64,000 nucleotides of DNA from a virus (lineage: Duplodnaviria > Caudoviricetes): the IMG/VR virus record IMGVR_UViG_3300035208_007487, one strand, 5' to 3'. Position 1 is the first letter of the stretch. Every line of letters begins with the position of its first letter. The notes beneath the pieces are model-generated. The model did no database searches. It was not told the origin of the DNA and worked only from the letters and a program-made list of their open reading frames with translations. Shown in pieces: positions 19,574 to 30,088 of the stretch. The position numbers and the translations under genes were made by a program.

Positions 19574-20302
19574 TTATGATATAAATGGATCTGCAAAATT
19601 ACTTAAAGTCAATGAAGTAGTTGATATATTATATTCATTATCAGGTATTTCATATAAATCAAGAATAATCCATTTATACCCATTACTGGGAGTATTAACG
19701 TATTGAAGACTAACTTTAAATAATATTGGATATGTATTGTTGGCATTCAGCACCGGAGATTGTTCAATCAAATTGCTTAATCTATTTTTTCCAAGCATTA
19801 CAATATTACTTAAATTATTTAAATCATTTATATATACAAAATGAGTTCCTAATTTTCCTGTAGATGGATTTATTTTTATAATAAAATTAATAATATCTCC
19901 TTCATATTGTGCAGCATCTAAATTTATAGTTAAACCTTGCTCAATATCAAACTTATTATATTCAATATAATGAGTTGGAGGATAATTAGTATTATCTAAT
20001 GTTATTGTATATTTCCCATCATTATCTTTAACTGCACTATCAAAAATAGTAGATCCCCAATATTTAACACCTACTGGTCTATTTTTACTCCAATTACTAA
20101 TTTGCCCATATGTTTTTATATAATGCAAAGATGGAATTGTATAATTTTCAAAAAAAGGTTCATCTGCTACTTTTAAGACAATTTGTATATTATCACTAGT
20201 TGTCGTAGCCCAAACGGATAATTTACTTATTAGTTCTCTTGTATTAAATTGAACTATATTAAATTTATCAGCTAATCTCTCTAAGGGTGAAATAAAACTC
20301 AT
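19574..20302 (-). CDS. Virion structural protein
   Basis: 242 aa; N-terminus FNTRELISKLSVWATT resembles 20302-24147. Confidence 0.6.
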   Translation of the reverse strand: MSFISPLERLADKFNIVQFNTRELISKLSVWATTTSDNIQIVLKVADEPFFENYTIPSLHYIKTYGQISNWSKNRPVGVKYWGSTIFDSAVKDNDGKYTITLDNTNYPPTHYIEYNKFDIEQGLTINLDAAQYEGDIINFIIKINPSTGKLGTHFVYINDLNNLSNIVMLGKNRLSNLIEQSPVLNANNTYPILFKVSLQYVNTPSNGYKWIILDLYEIPDNEYNISTTSLTLSNFADPFIS

Positions 20303-23300
20303 TAGCAGCCAACCTCTTGATTATTTATCTCAGTGAATCCTAATATAATACTTGATTGATTTTCAGTTGTGGAAGCAATTACTGTATTTTGAGAGAATCC
20401 TTCAAAATAGTCACATCTGATACTAGTGACATTGCTTTTTTCATTTATTATTGACAAATAATTATTGAAATTGCTATCAGAAGGATTTAATAATGAAGAA
20501 TCAATCGAAACTACATTAAAACTTCCACCTTTACTGATAAGTAAATTATTTGCGTTAAAACTTATCAAATTATTATATAAAAATGTTTTATTTAATACTG
20601 TAGTAGGAGTACCATTAGTTGATACATTTGTTAATACATATGTTCTATTATATGTTTTGTCATATACTAAGATATAGTGCCCATATTTGTAATTATCATC
20701 AGTATATAGGCCATCATTAACTTGATAATTTGTTTCAAAATTACTATCTAATAAGAATTTTTCGCAATGCCCACTGTTTGCATATACTGTATTCCAATCA
20801 AATGTTGCAAATACAAAATTAGCAGAATTATCTACTGATATTCCAACTGATTCAAAGGTAATAGTAAAATCGTTTCTATTTATCAATGTAGTATTTGAAG
20901 CATAAGCTCTTTTAGTGAACAATGATAATGCTTCAATTGGTACACTAAATCTTCCTAAATATGAGTTGTTAATATTTGATAGATTATTAGGTGAAGTTAT
21001 CTTTATTAATGCTCCAGATTTTCTAGAAATATTAGCAACAGCATTTCCATTAAAGCATATCAAAGATATTGGAAGATTAGCTGCACTATTATCTACTACA
21101 TTATCCTCTAAGCATAGATTTAATGCCACTGTATTATCAGTTGAAATAGTATCATTACTAACCACAATTTGGCTAAAATCATTTCCATTACTATCAAGTA
21201 TTAATGCGCTAACTTCAACAATTTCTGAATCATTTCCAGTATTGACAGATATTGATTCGTCACTATTATTTGTTGTTAATTTATATGAGTTAATTTTGTA
21301 TGAATATTTAGTTGATACTTCATTAGATAATATAGCATTATAACTAGTATAACCTTGATTATCAAGTCCTATTACATCAATATATGATGCTGATATGTAA
21401 TCATTGTATTTGTTAATTATTGAATTAACTACTGTAACTACTTTTGTTGATGTCACCAATGAATTATAAGTAACAGATCCCGTTGCAGTAGAGCTATATG
21501 CTAATATTAATGTGCTATTATTAATTACTGCTATTGTTTGATTATTTAATACATAAGTATTAGTATAATTAGATACATTTAATCCAGTTATTGTTAAATT
21601 AATATTTGTAATCGTAGTATTAGTAATTAAAGTAAATATTTCAAATTCAGGGATACTAGTATTATCATTTAAATGTGCAACTCCAGTATTTGTCTTATAT
21701 AAGTAAGAGGTAGAACCTGAATCATATATAAATCCTGAATTTTCAGATACTACTGAATTAGATAATATTGAACCTAATGTGCCATACGTTGGAGTTATTG
21801 TACTAAAATCAGTAGTTGAATATAATGCAGATCCAAAGAAATAGTAAGCCTTAGTCTTTATATTGTATACATTAAAATATGTATAAATTTTAAATCCATT
21901 TGCACTGGAATATATAACATTTAATTTATTCGCATATGAATAATATTGGCTAGTTCCCCCGCCTTCAATTATTGCAAGTCCAGGGTCCGCATTATTCCAT
22001 ATTCTAGTTCCAGATGTTAAAATTAATGCATGGTTACTTATACTAATATTAAATAATAACCCAATATTATAATCATTGCTTTTACGCTGCATATGGGTAT
22101 TGGTGCTAATTAGCAATATTGATCCAAAGGTAGTTCCATTATAATATGCGCCTAGACTGGCAATTTCAGGTGGATTTGATATTTTTCTAGTAGTATAAGT
22201 ATATGAATAGCTACTTGTAGTGGCAAAGTAATTAGGTAGATCTATACTTAATATTTCATTTTCATATTCATCATAATTATAAATACTAATATCAACGCAT
22301 TGATTAAACTCTGGATCAACATTAGTAGTAGTTGATTCAATTTTTAACCAAATAGAATCTTTTATTCCGCATCCACTCAAATTTTCACTAGTAATACTAG
22401 TATTGATACTTATTACTTTATCTAAAGTTAAATTATTTTTATATTTAAATTTATTTAAAGTAACTGTGAAACTATTACCTCTATCATTAGATGAACATAC
22501 TGTAACACCTTGAACATCGGAAATAAAGAAATAAGTGTTTATTTGGCCTGAATCACTTGTAGCTTGAACATTAGTAATATCGGTATAAAATGTAGAAATA
22601 GTTGTTTTATATAATGGAGTTGCATAGTTAGGAGTTCTACCTATTAAATAAGAATAAGTTTCACATATTAAATTATACTCATTTGCTGTTGAAGTTGATT
22701 CAAAATAATATACATATTCATAAACAGTTGTAGTATCTGAATTAAAAGTAGTCCAAATATATTTTTCATGAGCTGCTAATACATTAAAATCATTTGTTAT
22801 TTTAGTGCAAACATCATTACCATTAAATGAAGTGCTATTATTTATTTTTGATAATCTAAATGCTTTAATTTGATTATTTACATCATAATATCTTTTTATA
22901 TCAGATAAATTAGTTTTAGTATAAATGGGTAATTCTAAATTAGGTATAGAGACTGCACCTTTTTTAACAACAATTTCACTACTAGAACCAATATTGAAAT
23001 CTATTTCATTTGCTGATTTTACTGTTAATAAATCTTCTCCATCTAGCGTAAGCGTTCCATTTGTTCCTATGTTTAAATAGTAGGGAATTGAACTACTTTG
23101 AGATTTTTTTAAATTATCTGGAATTGAAGTATTAAAATCTGAATAAGTATTAGTATCTCTAGTTGATACATAATATTTGTCAACTCCACCCTCAACCCAC
23201 ACATCAAAAAATTTATCAAATGCTGAGGTGTCATCAGTGCTACTATTTTTAACAAAAAAGCTAAATCCTTCTTTAACACTACTTCCTAATTTTTCAGAAT

Positions 23301-24147
23301 CATTACCTGCATATGCATATTTCCCACCATCAGCAAAATAAGAAGTTTCAGTGTCATTATCATATCCTAATAAATCAAATCCATTATCATCATTTTGAGA
23401 TAATAAAAATCCTTCTGCAAAATGAAAATTAATATCTTTAGCATTTAATATGAAATCTATTCCAATATTACCTAAAGTCAATAATGATGTGCTAAAATCT
23501 ATTAAGTTTGTTTTAATTCCATCTATTTTTGTATATAATAAATATTCACCTGCATAATTAGTAATTGTTCCTGTTGAAATAGAATTCCCAATACTTATCT
23601 TATTAGAATTAATACCAATTGCAGTTGTTCCAGTTAAATTAATATTATTTGCTTTTTCTAATATTAAATCTGAAGTTAAGTTGATATTAGTGGTTCCTTC
23701 CACATAGCTAAGGGTATTATGTCTAATTATTATTGAATTATCATTTCCACTAGACGATTTATCATATATACTACTAACATTTATATGTAATTTGGGGGTA
23801 GTTGTGCTTTTTGCTACATTTCCAGTAGTGGCTACATATTCATCAAAATACCAGCCAACTCCATTTGATACGAAATCAAAATTCCAATATATATCCCTAG
23901 TTGATGTAGTACCTAATGTACCAAATATTCCACTAGATATTGATGAAAAAGAAGGAACAGTTAATGGTTTTAAATATTCCCCATCTCCAGTTGTTCCATT
24001 ATTAGTATATGAAGGTAGTGCATCAAATAAATCAAATTCTACATCTGAATCAGAAGTAGAAGCCCAAATGCTAAATTTATTTAATACTTCTCTAGCATTA
24101 TAAGTCAATAAGTCAATTGATTTTAAAATTCTATCTTCATGTAGCAT
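20302..24147 (-). CDS. Putative tail fibre/receptor-binding protein
   Basis: 1281 aa, S/T/N-rich beta composition, BNR-like SSNDRGNSF motif; located in the tail/baseplate module. Confidence 0.55.
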   Translation of the reverse strand: MLHEDRILKSIDLLTYNAREVLNKFSIWASTSDSDVEFDLFDALPSYTNNGTTGDGEYLKPLTVPSFSSISSGIFGTLGTTSTRDIYWNFDFVSNGVGWYFDEYVATTGNVAKSTTTPKLHINVSSIYDKSSSGNDNSIIIRHNTLSYVEGTTNINLTSDLILEKANNINLTGTTAIGINSNKISIGNSISTGTITNYAGEYLLYTKIDGIKTNLIDFSTSLLTLGNIGIDFILNAKDINFHFAEGFLLSQNDDNGFDLLGYDNDTETSYFADGGKYAYAGNDSEKLGSSVKEGFSFFVKNSSTDDTSAFDKFFDVWVEGGVDKYYVSTRDTNTYSDFNTSIPDNLKKSQSSSIPYYLNIGTNGTLTLDGEDLLTVKSANEIDFNIGSSSEIVVKKGAVSIPNLELPIYTKTNLSDIKRYYDVNNQIKAFRLSKINNSTSFNGNDVCTKITNDFNVLAAHEKYIWTTFNSDTTTVYEYVYYFESTSTANEYNLICETYSYLIGRTPNYATPLYKTTISTFYTDITNVQATSDSGQINTYFFISDVQGVTVCSSNDRGNSFTVTLNKFKYKNNLTLDKVISINTSITSENLSGCGIKDSIWLKIESTTTNVDPEFNQCVDISIYNYDEYENEILSIDLPNYFATTSSYSYTYTTRKISNPPEIASLGAYYNGTTFGSILLISTNTHMQRKSNDYNIGLLFNISISNHALILTSGTRIWNNADPGLAIIEGGGTSQYYSYANKLNVIYSSANGFKIYTYFNVYNIKTKAYYFFGSALYSTTDFSTITPTYGTLGSILSNSVVSENSGFIYDSGSTSYLYKTNTGVAHLNDNTSIPEFEIFTLITNTTITNINLTITGLNVSNYTNTYVLNNQTIAVINNSTLILAYSSTATGSVTYNSLVTSTKVVTVVNSIINKYNDYISASYIDVIGLDNQGYTSYNAILSNEVSTKYSYKINSYKLTTNNSDESISVNTGNDSEIVEVSALILDSNGNDFSQIVVSNDTISTDNTVALNLCLEDNVVDNSAANLPISLICFNGNAVANISRKSGALIKITSPNNLSNINNSYLGRFSVPIEALSLFTKRAYASNTTLINRNDFTITFESVGISVDNSANFVFATFDWNTVYANSGHCEKFLLDSNFETNYQVNDGLYTDDNYKYGHYILVYDKTYNRTYVLTNVSTNGTPTTVLNKTFLYNNLISFNANNLLISKGGSFNVVSIDSSLLNPSDSNFNNYLSIINEKSNVTSIRCDYFEGFSQNTVIASTTENQSSIILGFTEINNQEVGC

Positions 24148-24168
24148 ATAACATATTTATCAATATTA

Positions 24169-25734
24169 TTACATTATATTTTTTTCATCAAAAACATTAA
24201 CTTCACTAACTATCCAGCTTGAATTAGTTGAACTATATACTAATTTAATGTTTACTTTAGCATAAGTTGCTCCATTTAACATTGATGAATCTAATATTAA
24301 TAATTTTTGTTTTAATTTTGATGTGTAATTAGTTACATATATTTTACCGCTCCAAAGATAAACAGTTGCTGAATTAGCAGTATAATATCTCCCATCTAAA
24401 TTATCTATTATTATATTTAATTCGTCTCCATCATTTATTGTAGAAGTTGATGCAGTCGCATTGTAAATATTAAATTGAACATTAGCATTATTAATTATTG
24501 TATTATCAGTATCACTTGCTCTAAAATAATCTCCTTTGAAATAATATACATTTTTACTAGTATTACCTAGATAATACTCACTATTCATTTGAAGAAGAGC
24601 TATTGAATTTATTCCTTGCTTAATTTCCACTATTGGATTAGTTCCACTTAATTTGTTTAAATATTTACCTATTTGAGCTATTTGTAACTGTAGTTGCATA
24701 ATAGCTTCAGTTGTATTTGCTGTAGCTTCTATTTGATTTAAATAAAAATTAGTAGCTTCATCTCTTACGGTATCTACATACATATAAGCATATCCAGCAA
24801 AGCAAGGATAGCTATTAACTGAGCTTAATGATACTTGTGCATCATAAGTAAAAGAAGCAAGCCCACTGTCATCTCTAGTTTTAAAAATATCTAAAACACT
24901 ATCACTGCATAAGTCACTGCTAGTACTTAAATCAATTATTGCAAATAAAACAGGTTCTTCGTCTGCAACAGGTGTTAATGCAGTTATTAATTTATCTATT
25001 GGATCAGGGTATGTACTTTTAGTTACATATAATCCAATTCTATTGAATTTAAAATTACCAATTGAATTTGCTATATTATATGCTTCATTAGCTATTTGAC
25101 TAGTGATAGCTGGTAATTCTAATTGGTAATTCATTAGTGATACTTTAGCATCAATAGTGTCATCGGTAGTTTCTACTGCACTAAAGGATTTTATTGGAAA
25201 ATATTTACTATATTTTTTACAAGCTAGAGTAGTTGCAGTAGCTGTATCATAATAAAGAGGTGCCGGTATGTTAGATAGTGTTAATTCACCGTAATGCCCT
25301 CCCGAATATTCTCCACTACTAGCTTCTTCAGATGCTCCATATAGAACAATTCCAGTAGTTTTAAAACCATATTCTAAGCCCGCTAAAGTAGAATCACTAT
25401 AATAAGCTTGCAAAGTATTTCTTTTTGAGCATTCATCATATTCGTATTTGAAATAATTACCAAACCCTTCTGACATGTTAGTTCCAACACCATAACTAGT
25501 TCCAGTACTATTCCAAACAAAGGGAGTTTGCCATATATTAAAAATATAGTCTCCATCACTCTCGCCATCTTCATGAGTTAATATTAATTCAGTTGCATTT
25601 TCATTTGCTGGGTTATTAGTGCGTTCAGTTGAATTTACCCAAGCTAAAGCAAAATGGGTAATTGAAAACCAAGCACCGCCAGTAGTATTTGTTGAAATAA
25701 ATTGTCTACCAATATTTGTTATAGCTGATTTCAT
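24169..25734 (-). CDS. Baseplate/tail-fibre attachment protein (P2 gpH N-terminal / DUF3751-like)
   Basis: AITNIGRQFI...ITHFALA...GNFKFNRIGLY...VLFAI pattern. Confidence 0.65.
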   Translation of the reverse strand: MKSAITNIGRQFISTNTTGGAWFSITHFALAWVNSTERTNNPANENATELILTHEDGESDGDYIFNIWQTPFVWNSTGTSYGVGTNMSEGFGNYFKYEYDECSKRNTLQAYYSDSTLAGLEYGFKTTGIVLYGASEEASSGEYSGGHYGELTLSNIPAPLYYDTATATTLACKKYSKYFPIKSFSAVETTDDTIDAKVSLMNYQLELPAITSQIANEAYNIANSIGNFKFNRIGLYVTKSTYPDPIDKLITALTPVADEEPVLFAIIDLSTSSDLCSDSVLDIFKTRDDSGLASFTYDAQVSLSSVNSYPCFAGYAYMYVDTVRDEATNFYLNQIEATANTTEAIMQLQLQIAQIGKYLNKLSGTNPIVEIKQGINSIALLQMNSEYYLGNTSKNVYYFKGDYFRASDTDNTIINNANVQFNIYNATASTSTINDGDELNIIIDNLDGRYYTANSATVYLWSGKIYVTNYTSKLKQKLLILDSSMLNGATYAKVNIKLVYSSTNSSWIVSEVNVFDEKNIM

Positions 25735-25749
25735 ACTAAATATTTATAG
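25735..25749. promoter_or_regulatory. Overlapping divergent TAAATA promoters in a 15-bp intergenic gap
   Basis: CAT-ACTAAATATTTATAG-ATG; the palindrome TAAATATTTA gives TAAATA-N6-ATG on (-) and TAAATA-N7-ATG on (+). Confidence 0.75.
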
Positions 25750-28068
25750 ATGTCAACTAAAACAAAAAATCCATTTAGTAATAAAATAGATGGTACTTAT
25801 TTTAATGAATTAGAAGTGAATATTAGATCTGTTACTGATAACTCAACTATATATTATACTATAAATGGAAATGATCCTAATGAATCATCATCATCATTTA
25901 AATCTGGATTAGTTCTTACTTTTAGTAACATTGGAATAATTATATTAAAGTGCGCAGCTAAGGGAGCAGATGTTATAAATTCAGATGGAAGTATTACTAC
26001 ATATTCCTTAAGTGATGTAATAACTTTTACATATACAATAAAAGACAATACCAATTTTAATATAACTGAAACAACAGATAATTATGTAGAAACTCAACCA
26101 AACATATTAGAACCAATTGATGACAAGGGGGCTCAGTTATATGTTGATTTAACTCAATTTATTGGCGAGCATTTAAAAAATCAAGATGGATTTATGGAAT
26201 TAATTTATACTTTTCAAGATTATCTTAATAATGGATTTAGGGAAATTCCAACATATTATAAAACAATAACTTATTCTACAACAAATGATTGTGGAATAGC
26301 TACTAATAATACCTATAAAGAATATTTACCTCCTTACAATCATAGCATTGATATGATTTTAGATTATGAAAATAATTCTCAAAATTTGAATAATAACAAG
26401 GATGATAATTATAATACATTAATAGAAAAATATGATAGAAATAGAGATATTAGTACTTTTGCAATTGATGATGATGCATTAACTATATATAAACAATTAC
26501 ATCCTACATTATTAACCGATGGTGTATATTATGGATCATATAGATATTATAATAACGTAGCTGAATTAATAAAAAAAGTTACTAGTCTATATACAATAAC
26601 GCAAACTTCATATATAAAATCAGATTTAGGCGAATACTTTATACTTGCAACTAAATCTTCATCTGGTACTTATTATAAAACAACTAGTGGATACACTAGT
26701 GATACTACTGATTCAACAATTGAAGATGATACAACTACTTATGAAATAACATATTCATTAGCTAGTACATTATATTCATTTTCAGTATTTTTATCAGTGT
26801 TTGATTCATATAAAGATAATAATTCTGATTTAGAAAATCAATTTGTATTAAAAAATTCATTAGCTGCATTTTTGAGCACTTTTAATGGCTCATTTACTGT
26901 TAATGTATATTTCTGTGGATTAACAGATTTTGCCAATCATTTTACTTATAATGGGGAATTTACTTTAGAATCTACTTTTTATCCAACCTTCTATAATAAA
27001 TTTGATTCATATAACATTGAAGATGATTATAATGCTTATTCAGGTATGTATACTAAAGAAACATTACTTAATTCAAATATATTATTAAATAGATTTAGAA
27101 TTTCAATTAAATTTGATTCATATAATGAATCTATTTTTGAATCAATAAGTAGTAATAATTCGCCAATGACTATTGAATTAAATATGGAATCATTAAATGA
27201 TTTAAATTGGCTCAATACTAATTATCCTAATTACCCGTTATTAGCTCCAAAATTTGAAGTAATATATGAATGGCAAAGTCCTGAAGTATTTTATAATTAT
27301 TTTTCAAGCGAGAATGAATATAGAGTAGATGACAAAAAATCAACTATTCTAGAAAAAATACATAAAATTGCTTACCTAAAAGATCCTGATGTAATTGATT
27401 TTGAATATATACAATTTGTTGCATCTCAAATGGGCTATAATTTGGATATAGATGAAGATGATATTAATGACAATAAATACTATAGCAGTTCAGATGATAA
27501 GCAAAATGCATTAAGATCAATATTAAGAAACTTGCCTAACTTTTATAAAATAAAATGCACAAAGAATGGATTAGAGGCATTATTATTAAGTTTTGGAATA
27601 GTTGGAGATATTGTGTATCTATATACAATAGGAAATAATACTCAGCAAGGTTATGTTGATTTTATTGATAGTAAATTATTAGAAGGTGATTTAAGCGGAA
27701 TGTATGATGATGCTGATCTAGTCGCTTTTAAAGCTGCTAAAATAAACAATGCTTCTTTAGCTTCATCTGTAGCTTCCGATTGGTTTCCATCTCCACATTT
27801 TAGAATAGAGATTGATTTATTGAAACAAGATTTAAGATTAAATGCTGAAAAAATGGGATTAAAATTAATAACTAAAGCAGTAAAAAGAACAAAGCCTATT
27901 AATACTGTTTTTCAAGGTTTCTATGGAAAAATGATGGGAAATTTTGGGTATATATTTGTTCATAAACCAAAGGGTATGATGAAAGGATATGCTAAAGCTG
28001 ATATTAATCCATTATGTGGAAGTGTTGATATTTGGGATAGCCGATGCTTCAATCTAAGGATTGCATAA
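25750..28068 (+). CDS. Baseplate wedge protein (P2 gpI/T4 gp7-like) with N-terminal CHB_HEX_C/Fn3-associated Ig-like domain
   Basis: TIYYTINGNDPNESS; DPDVIDFEYIQFVASQMGY...LPNFYKIKCTKNGLEALLLSFG...RTKPINTVF. Confidence 0.7.
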   Translation: MSTKTKNPFSNKIDGTYFNELEVNIRSVTDNSTIYYTINGNDPNESSSSFKSGLVLTFSNIGIIILKCAAKGADVINSDGSITTYSLSDVITFTYTIKDNTNFNITETTDNYVETQPNILEPIDDKGAQLYVDLTQFIGEHLKNQDGFMELIYTFQDYLNNGFREIPTYYKTITYSTTNDCGIATNNTYKEYLPPYNHSIDMILDYENNSQNLNNNKDDNYNTLIEKYDRNRDISTFAIDDDALTIYKQLHPTLLTDGVYYGSYRYYNNVAELIKKVTSLYTITQTSYIKSDLGEYFILATKSSSGTYYKTTSGYTSDTTDSTIEDDTTTYEITYSLASTLYSFSVFLSVFDSYKDNNSDLENQFVLKNSLAAFLSTFNGSFTVNVYFCGLTDFANHFTYNGEFTLESTFYPTFYNKFDSYNIEDDYNAYSGMYTKETLLNSNILLNRFRISIKFDSYNESIFESISSNNSPMTIELNMESLNDLNWLNTNYPNYPLLAPKFEVIYEWQSPEVFYNYFSSENEYRVDDKKSTILEKIHKIAYLKDPDVIDFEYIQFVASQMGYNLDIDEDDINDNKYYSSSDDKQNALRSILRNLPNFYKIKCTKNGLEALLLSFGIVGDIVYLYTIGNNTQQGYVDFIDSKLLEGDLSGMYDDADLVAFKAAKINNASLASSVASDWFPSPHFRIEIDLLKQDLRLNAEKMGLKLITKAVKRTKPINTVFQGFYGKMMGNFGYIFVHKPKGMMKGYAKADINPLCGSVDIWDSRCFNLRIA

Positions 28069-28078
28069 ATATTTTTAA

Positions 28079-30076
28079 ATGACCATTGTAGAAGCTTTAG
28101 CATTACTTAGAACATTTGGAGTATTTGCATATAACAGTTTTTCTAAAACTGATGCATCCGAATTAGTTATTCAGAAAAATTTAATCGGTGGTAATATCAA
28201 TTTAACAGGAGCTTCTACTGAAATTGGAAAAATTTATCAATATAATATGCCATACTCATTGTATGGAAAAACATTAAAATTAAAAAATACTAATACTTAT
28301 AATGGCAATGTATATTATTATACTTCAATAGATAGTGATAGCTCATTTGTAAATAATGATTTTTCAACCACTAAAAATACTACTGTTTTAGATATTGATT
28401 CAATTTATAATCAAGTAAATGCATATTTTAATTATTTACGAAATTTAGAACAAACTGGAACTAAGAGATATACCACTGCTAATACTACATATTCATTTAG
28501 TGGAACTAATTCAATTAATTACATTAATTTAAGTACAACGGCTGAAATAAGTAATTTTAATGCAGCCACCGTATTATCTTTTAATTTTGATTCAAGTAGT
28601 ATTGTGATTATTAATATAACTACTAGCTCAACTGTAATATTTAATAATAAAACATTTTCATTAACTAATATTAACTCAAGTAATATAATATTTAATATAT
28701 CTGCTCCAAATATAAACATAACTGGAGAAGTAGAAGGAACTGTAGTTGCATTAGATAGTTCAATAATTTCATTAAATGTTGCTAATATATATGGGCAAAT
28801 ATTTGCTTATGATATTTTATCAATAGGGGCCAATACATTATACAATTCACCTTTCGCTTATTTTGATGATTTATATATACCAATATTAAATGAAAATACC
28901 ATAGCATTAACATCTGAAATTGAATCATATTCTAAAAGCATTACTATAACTAATGATAATTCGTTAGCTACTATATTTTATAAAATAAATGATCAAAGTT
29001 ATATTAAATATAGTGATACGTTTGAATTAACAAATATTGGAATTAATTTAATATCATCATATTCAAGTTTATATGGATACACTGATTCAACAGTAGTTAC
29101 CTTGAATACTTCATTAGAATGTAAATGCGCAGCGCCTGACATTATAATAAATGATAATATTGTAACATTCGTATCTGATACATTTGATGCTTCAATTTAT
29201 TATACAATAGATGGAACGTATCCAACTATTGATTCACCTAAAATAGATAATAATGGAACATTTACAATAACCCACGATGGGAAATTTGACATACAAGCTA
29301 TTGCTATAAATGGTGTTTGCTATGATAGTAATATATCGGAATCAATAATATATTATGAATTTCCTGAAACAAGTTTAACTATTAATATATTAAATGACAA
29401 AGACATAGAAGGTAATTATATTGATAACACTGGACTTGGAGTCTTAGTACAAATAATAGATGATAATAATACGGGAACTAATATTTATTATACTGAAGAT
29501 GGCGCAAATCCAATGTATTATGGAACTAAATATACTACACTTTTTTACAGTAAATCTAATAAAATAAAAGCAGTTGCTTACGCAAGTGGAAAAGGTTATT
29601 CAAATATTTTTGAAAGTGAAATAATTGAAATAGGTCATCAATCGTATATAGAACCTTCTGATTTTGTAAAGAATTCAGAATCGAAATCAACAGATTTACA
29701 ATATACTCCACAATACGGTATTGATATGGGTTGGTATGGGCCAACAATATTAGTTGATGATAATACGATATATCAAGCATTAGTTAATATATTATCTACT
29801 TCATTTATGGAAATACCATTTAGATATGATTTTGGATGCTCAATTAAAAGTATGCTATTTGAACTAACAGGTGAGCTAGATTCCACAACTTTTATAGCTA
29901 ATTTAAAAAGTGAAATTGAATACAATGATCCTAGAATAGATATATCTACTACTAATTCTAGTGCATATTTTGATTATTCAAGCAATGCAGTGGTTATTCA
30001 ATTAGAATGGACTAATAAATTAACTGGAGAAACTGCTAGAATAAAATATGATTATTCTTTAGATGGTATTTTATAA
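28079..30076 (+). CDS. gp25: Baseplate gp25-like protein fused to choice-of-anchor-A-like and Ig-like domains
   Basis: C-terminus IYQALVNILSTSFMEIPFRYDFGCSIKSMLFE...IEYNDPRI; N-terminus IVIINIT...SNIIFNI...EGTVVA...IYGQIFA; IYYTIDGTYPT and IYYTEDGANP. Confidence 0.75.
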   Translation: MTIVEALALLRTFGVFAYNSFSKTDASELVIQKNLIGGNINLTGASTEIGKIYQYNMPYSLYGKTLKLKNTNTYNGNVYYYTSIDSDSSFVNNDFSTTKNTTVLDIDSIYNQVNAYFNYLRNLEQTGTKRYTTANTTYSFSGTNSINYINLSTTAEISNFNAATVLSFNFDSSSIVIINITTSSTVIFNNKTFSLTNINSSNIIFNISAPNINITGEVEGTVVALDSSIISLNVANIYGQIFAYDILSIGANTLYNSPFAYFDDLYIPILNENTIALTSEIESYSKSITITNDNSLATIFYKINDQSYIKYSDTFELTNIGINLISSYSSLYGYTDSTVVTLNTSLECKCAAPDIIINDNIVTFVSDTFDASIYYTIDGTYPTIDSPKIDNNGTFTITHDGKFDIQAIAINGVCYDSNISESIIYYEFPETSLTINILNDKDIEGNYIDNTGLGVLVQIIDDNNTGTNIYYTEDGANPMYYGTKYTTLFYSKSNKIKAVAYASGKGYSNIFESEIIEIGHQSYIEPSDFVKNSESKSTDLQYTPQYGIDMGWYGPTILVDDNTIYQALVNILSTSFMEIPFRYDFGCSIKSMLFELTGELDSTTFIANLKSEIEYNDPRIDISTTNSSAYFDYSSNAVVIQLEWTNKLTGETARIKYDYSLDGIL

Positions 30077-30088
30077 TAAATATCAGTA

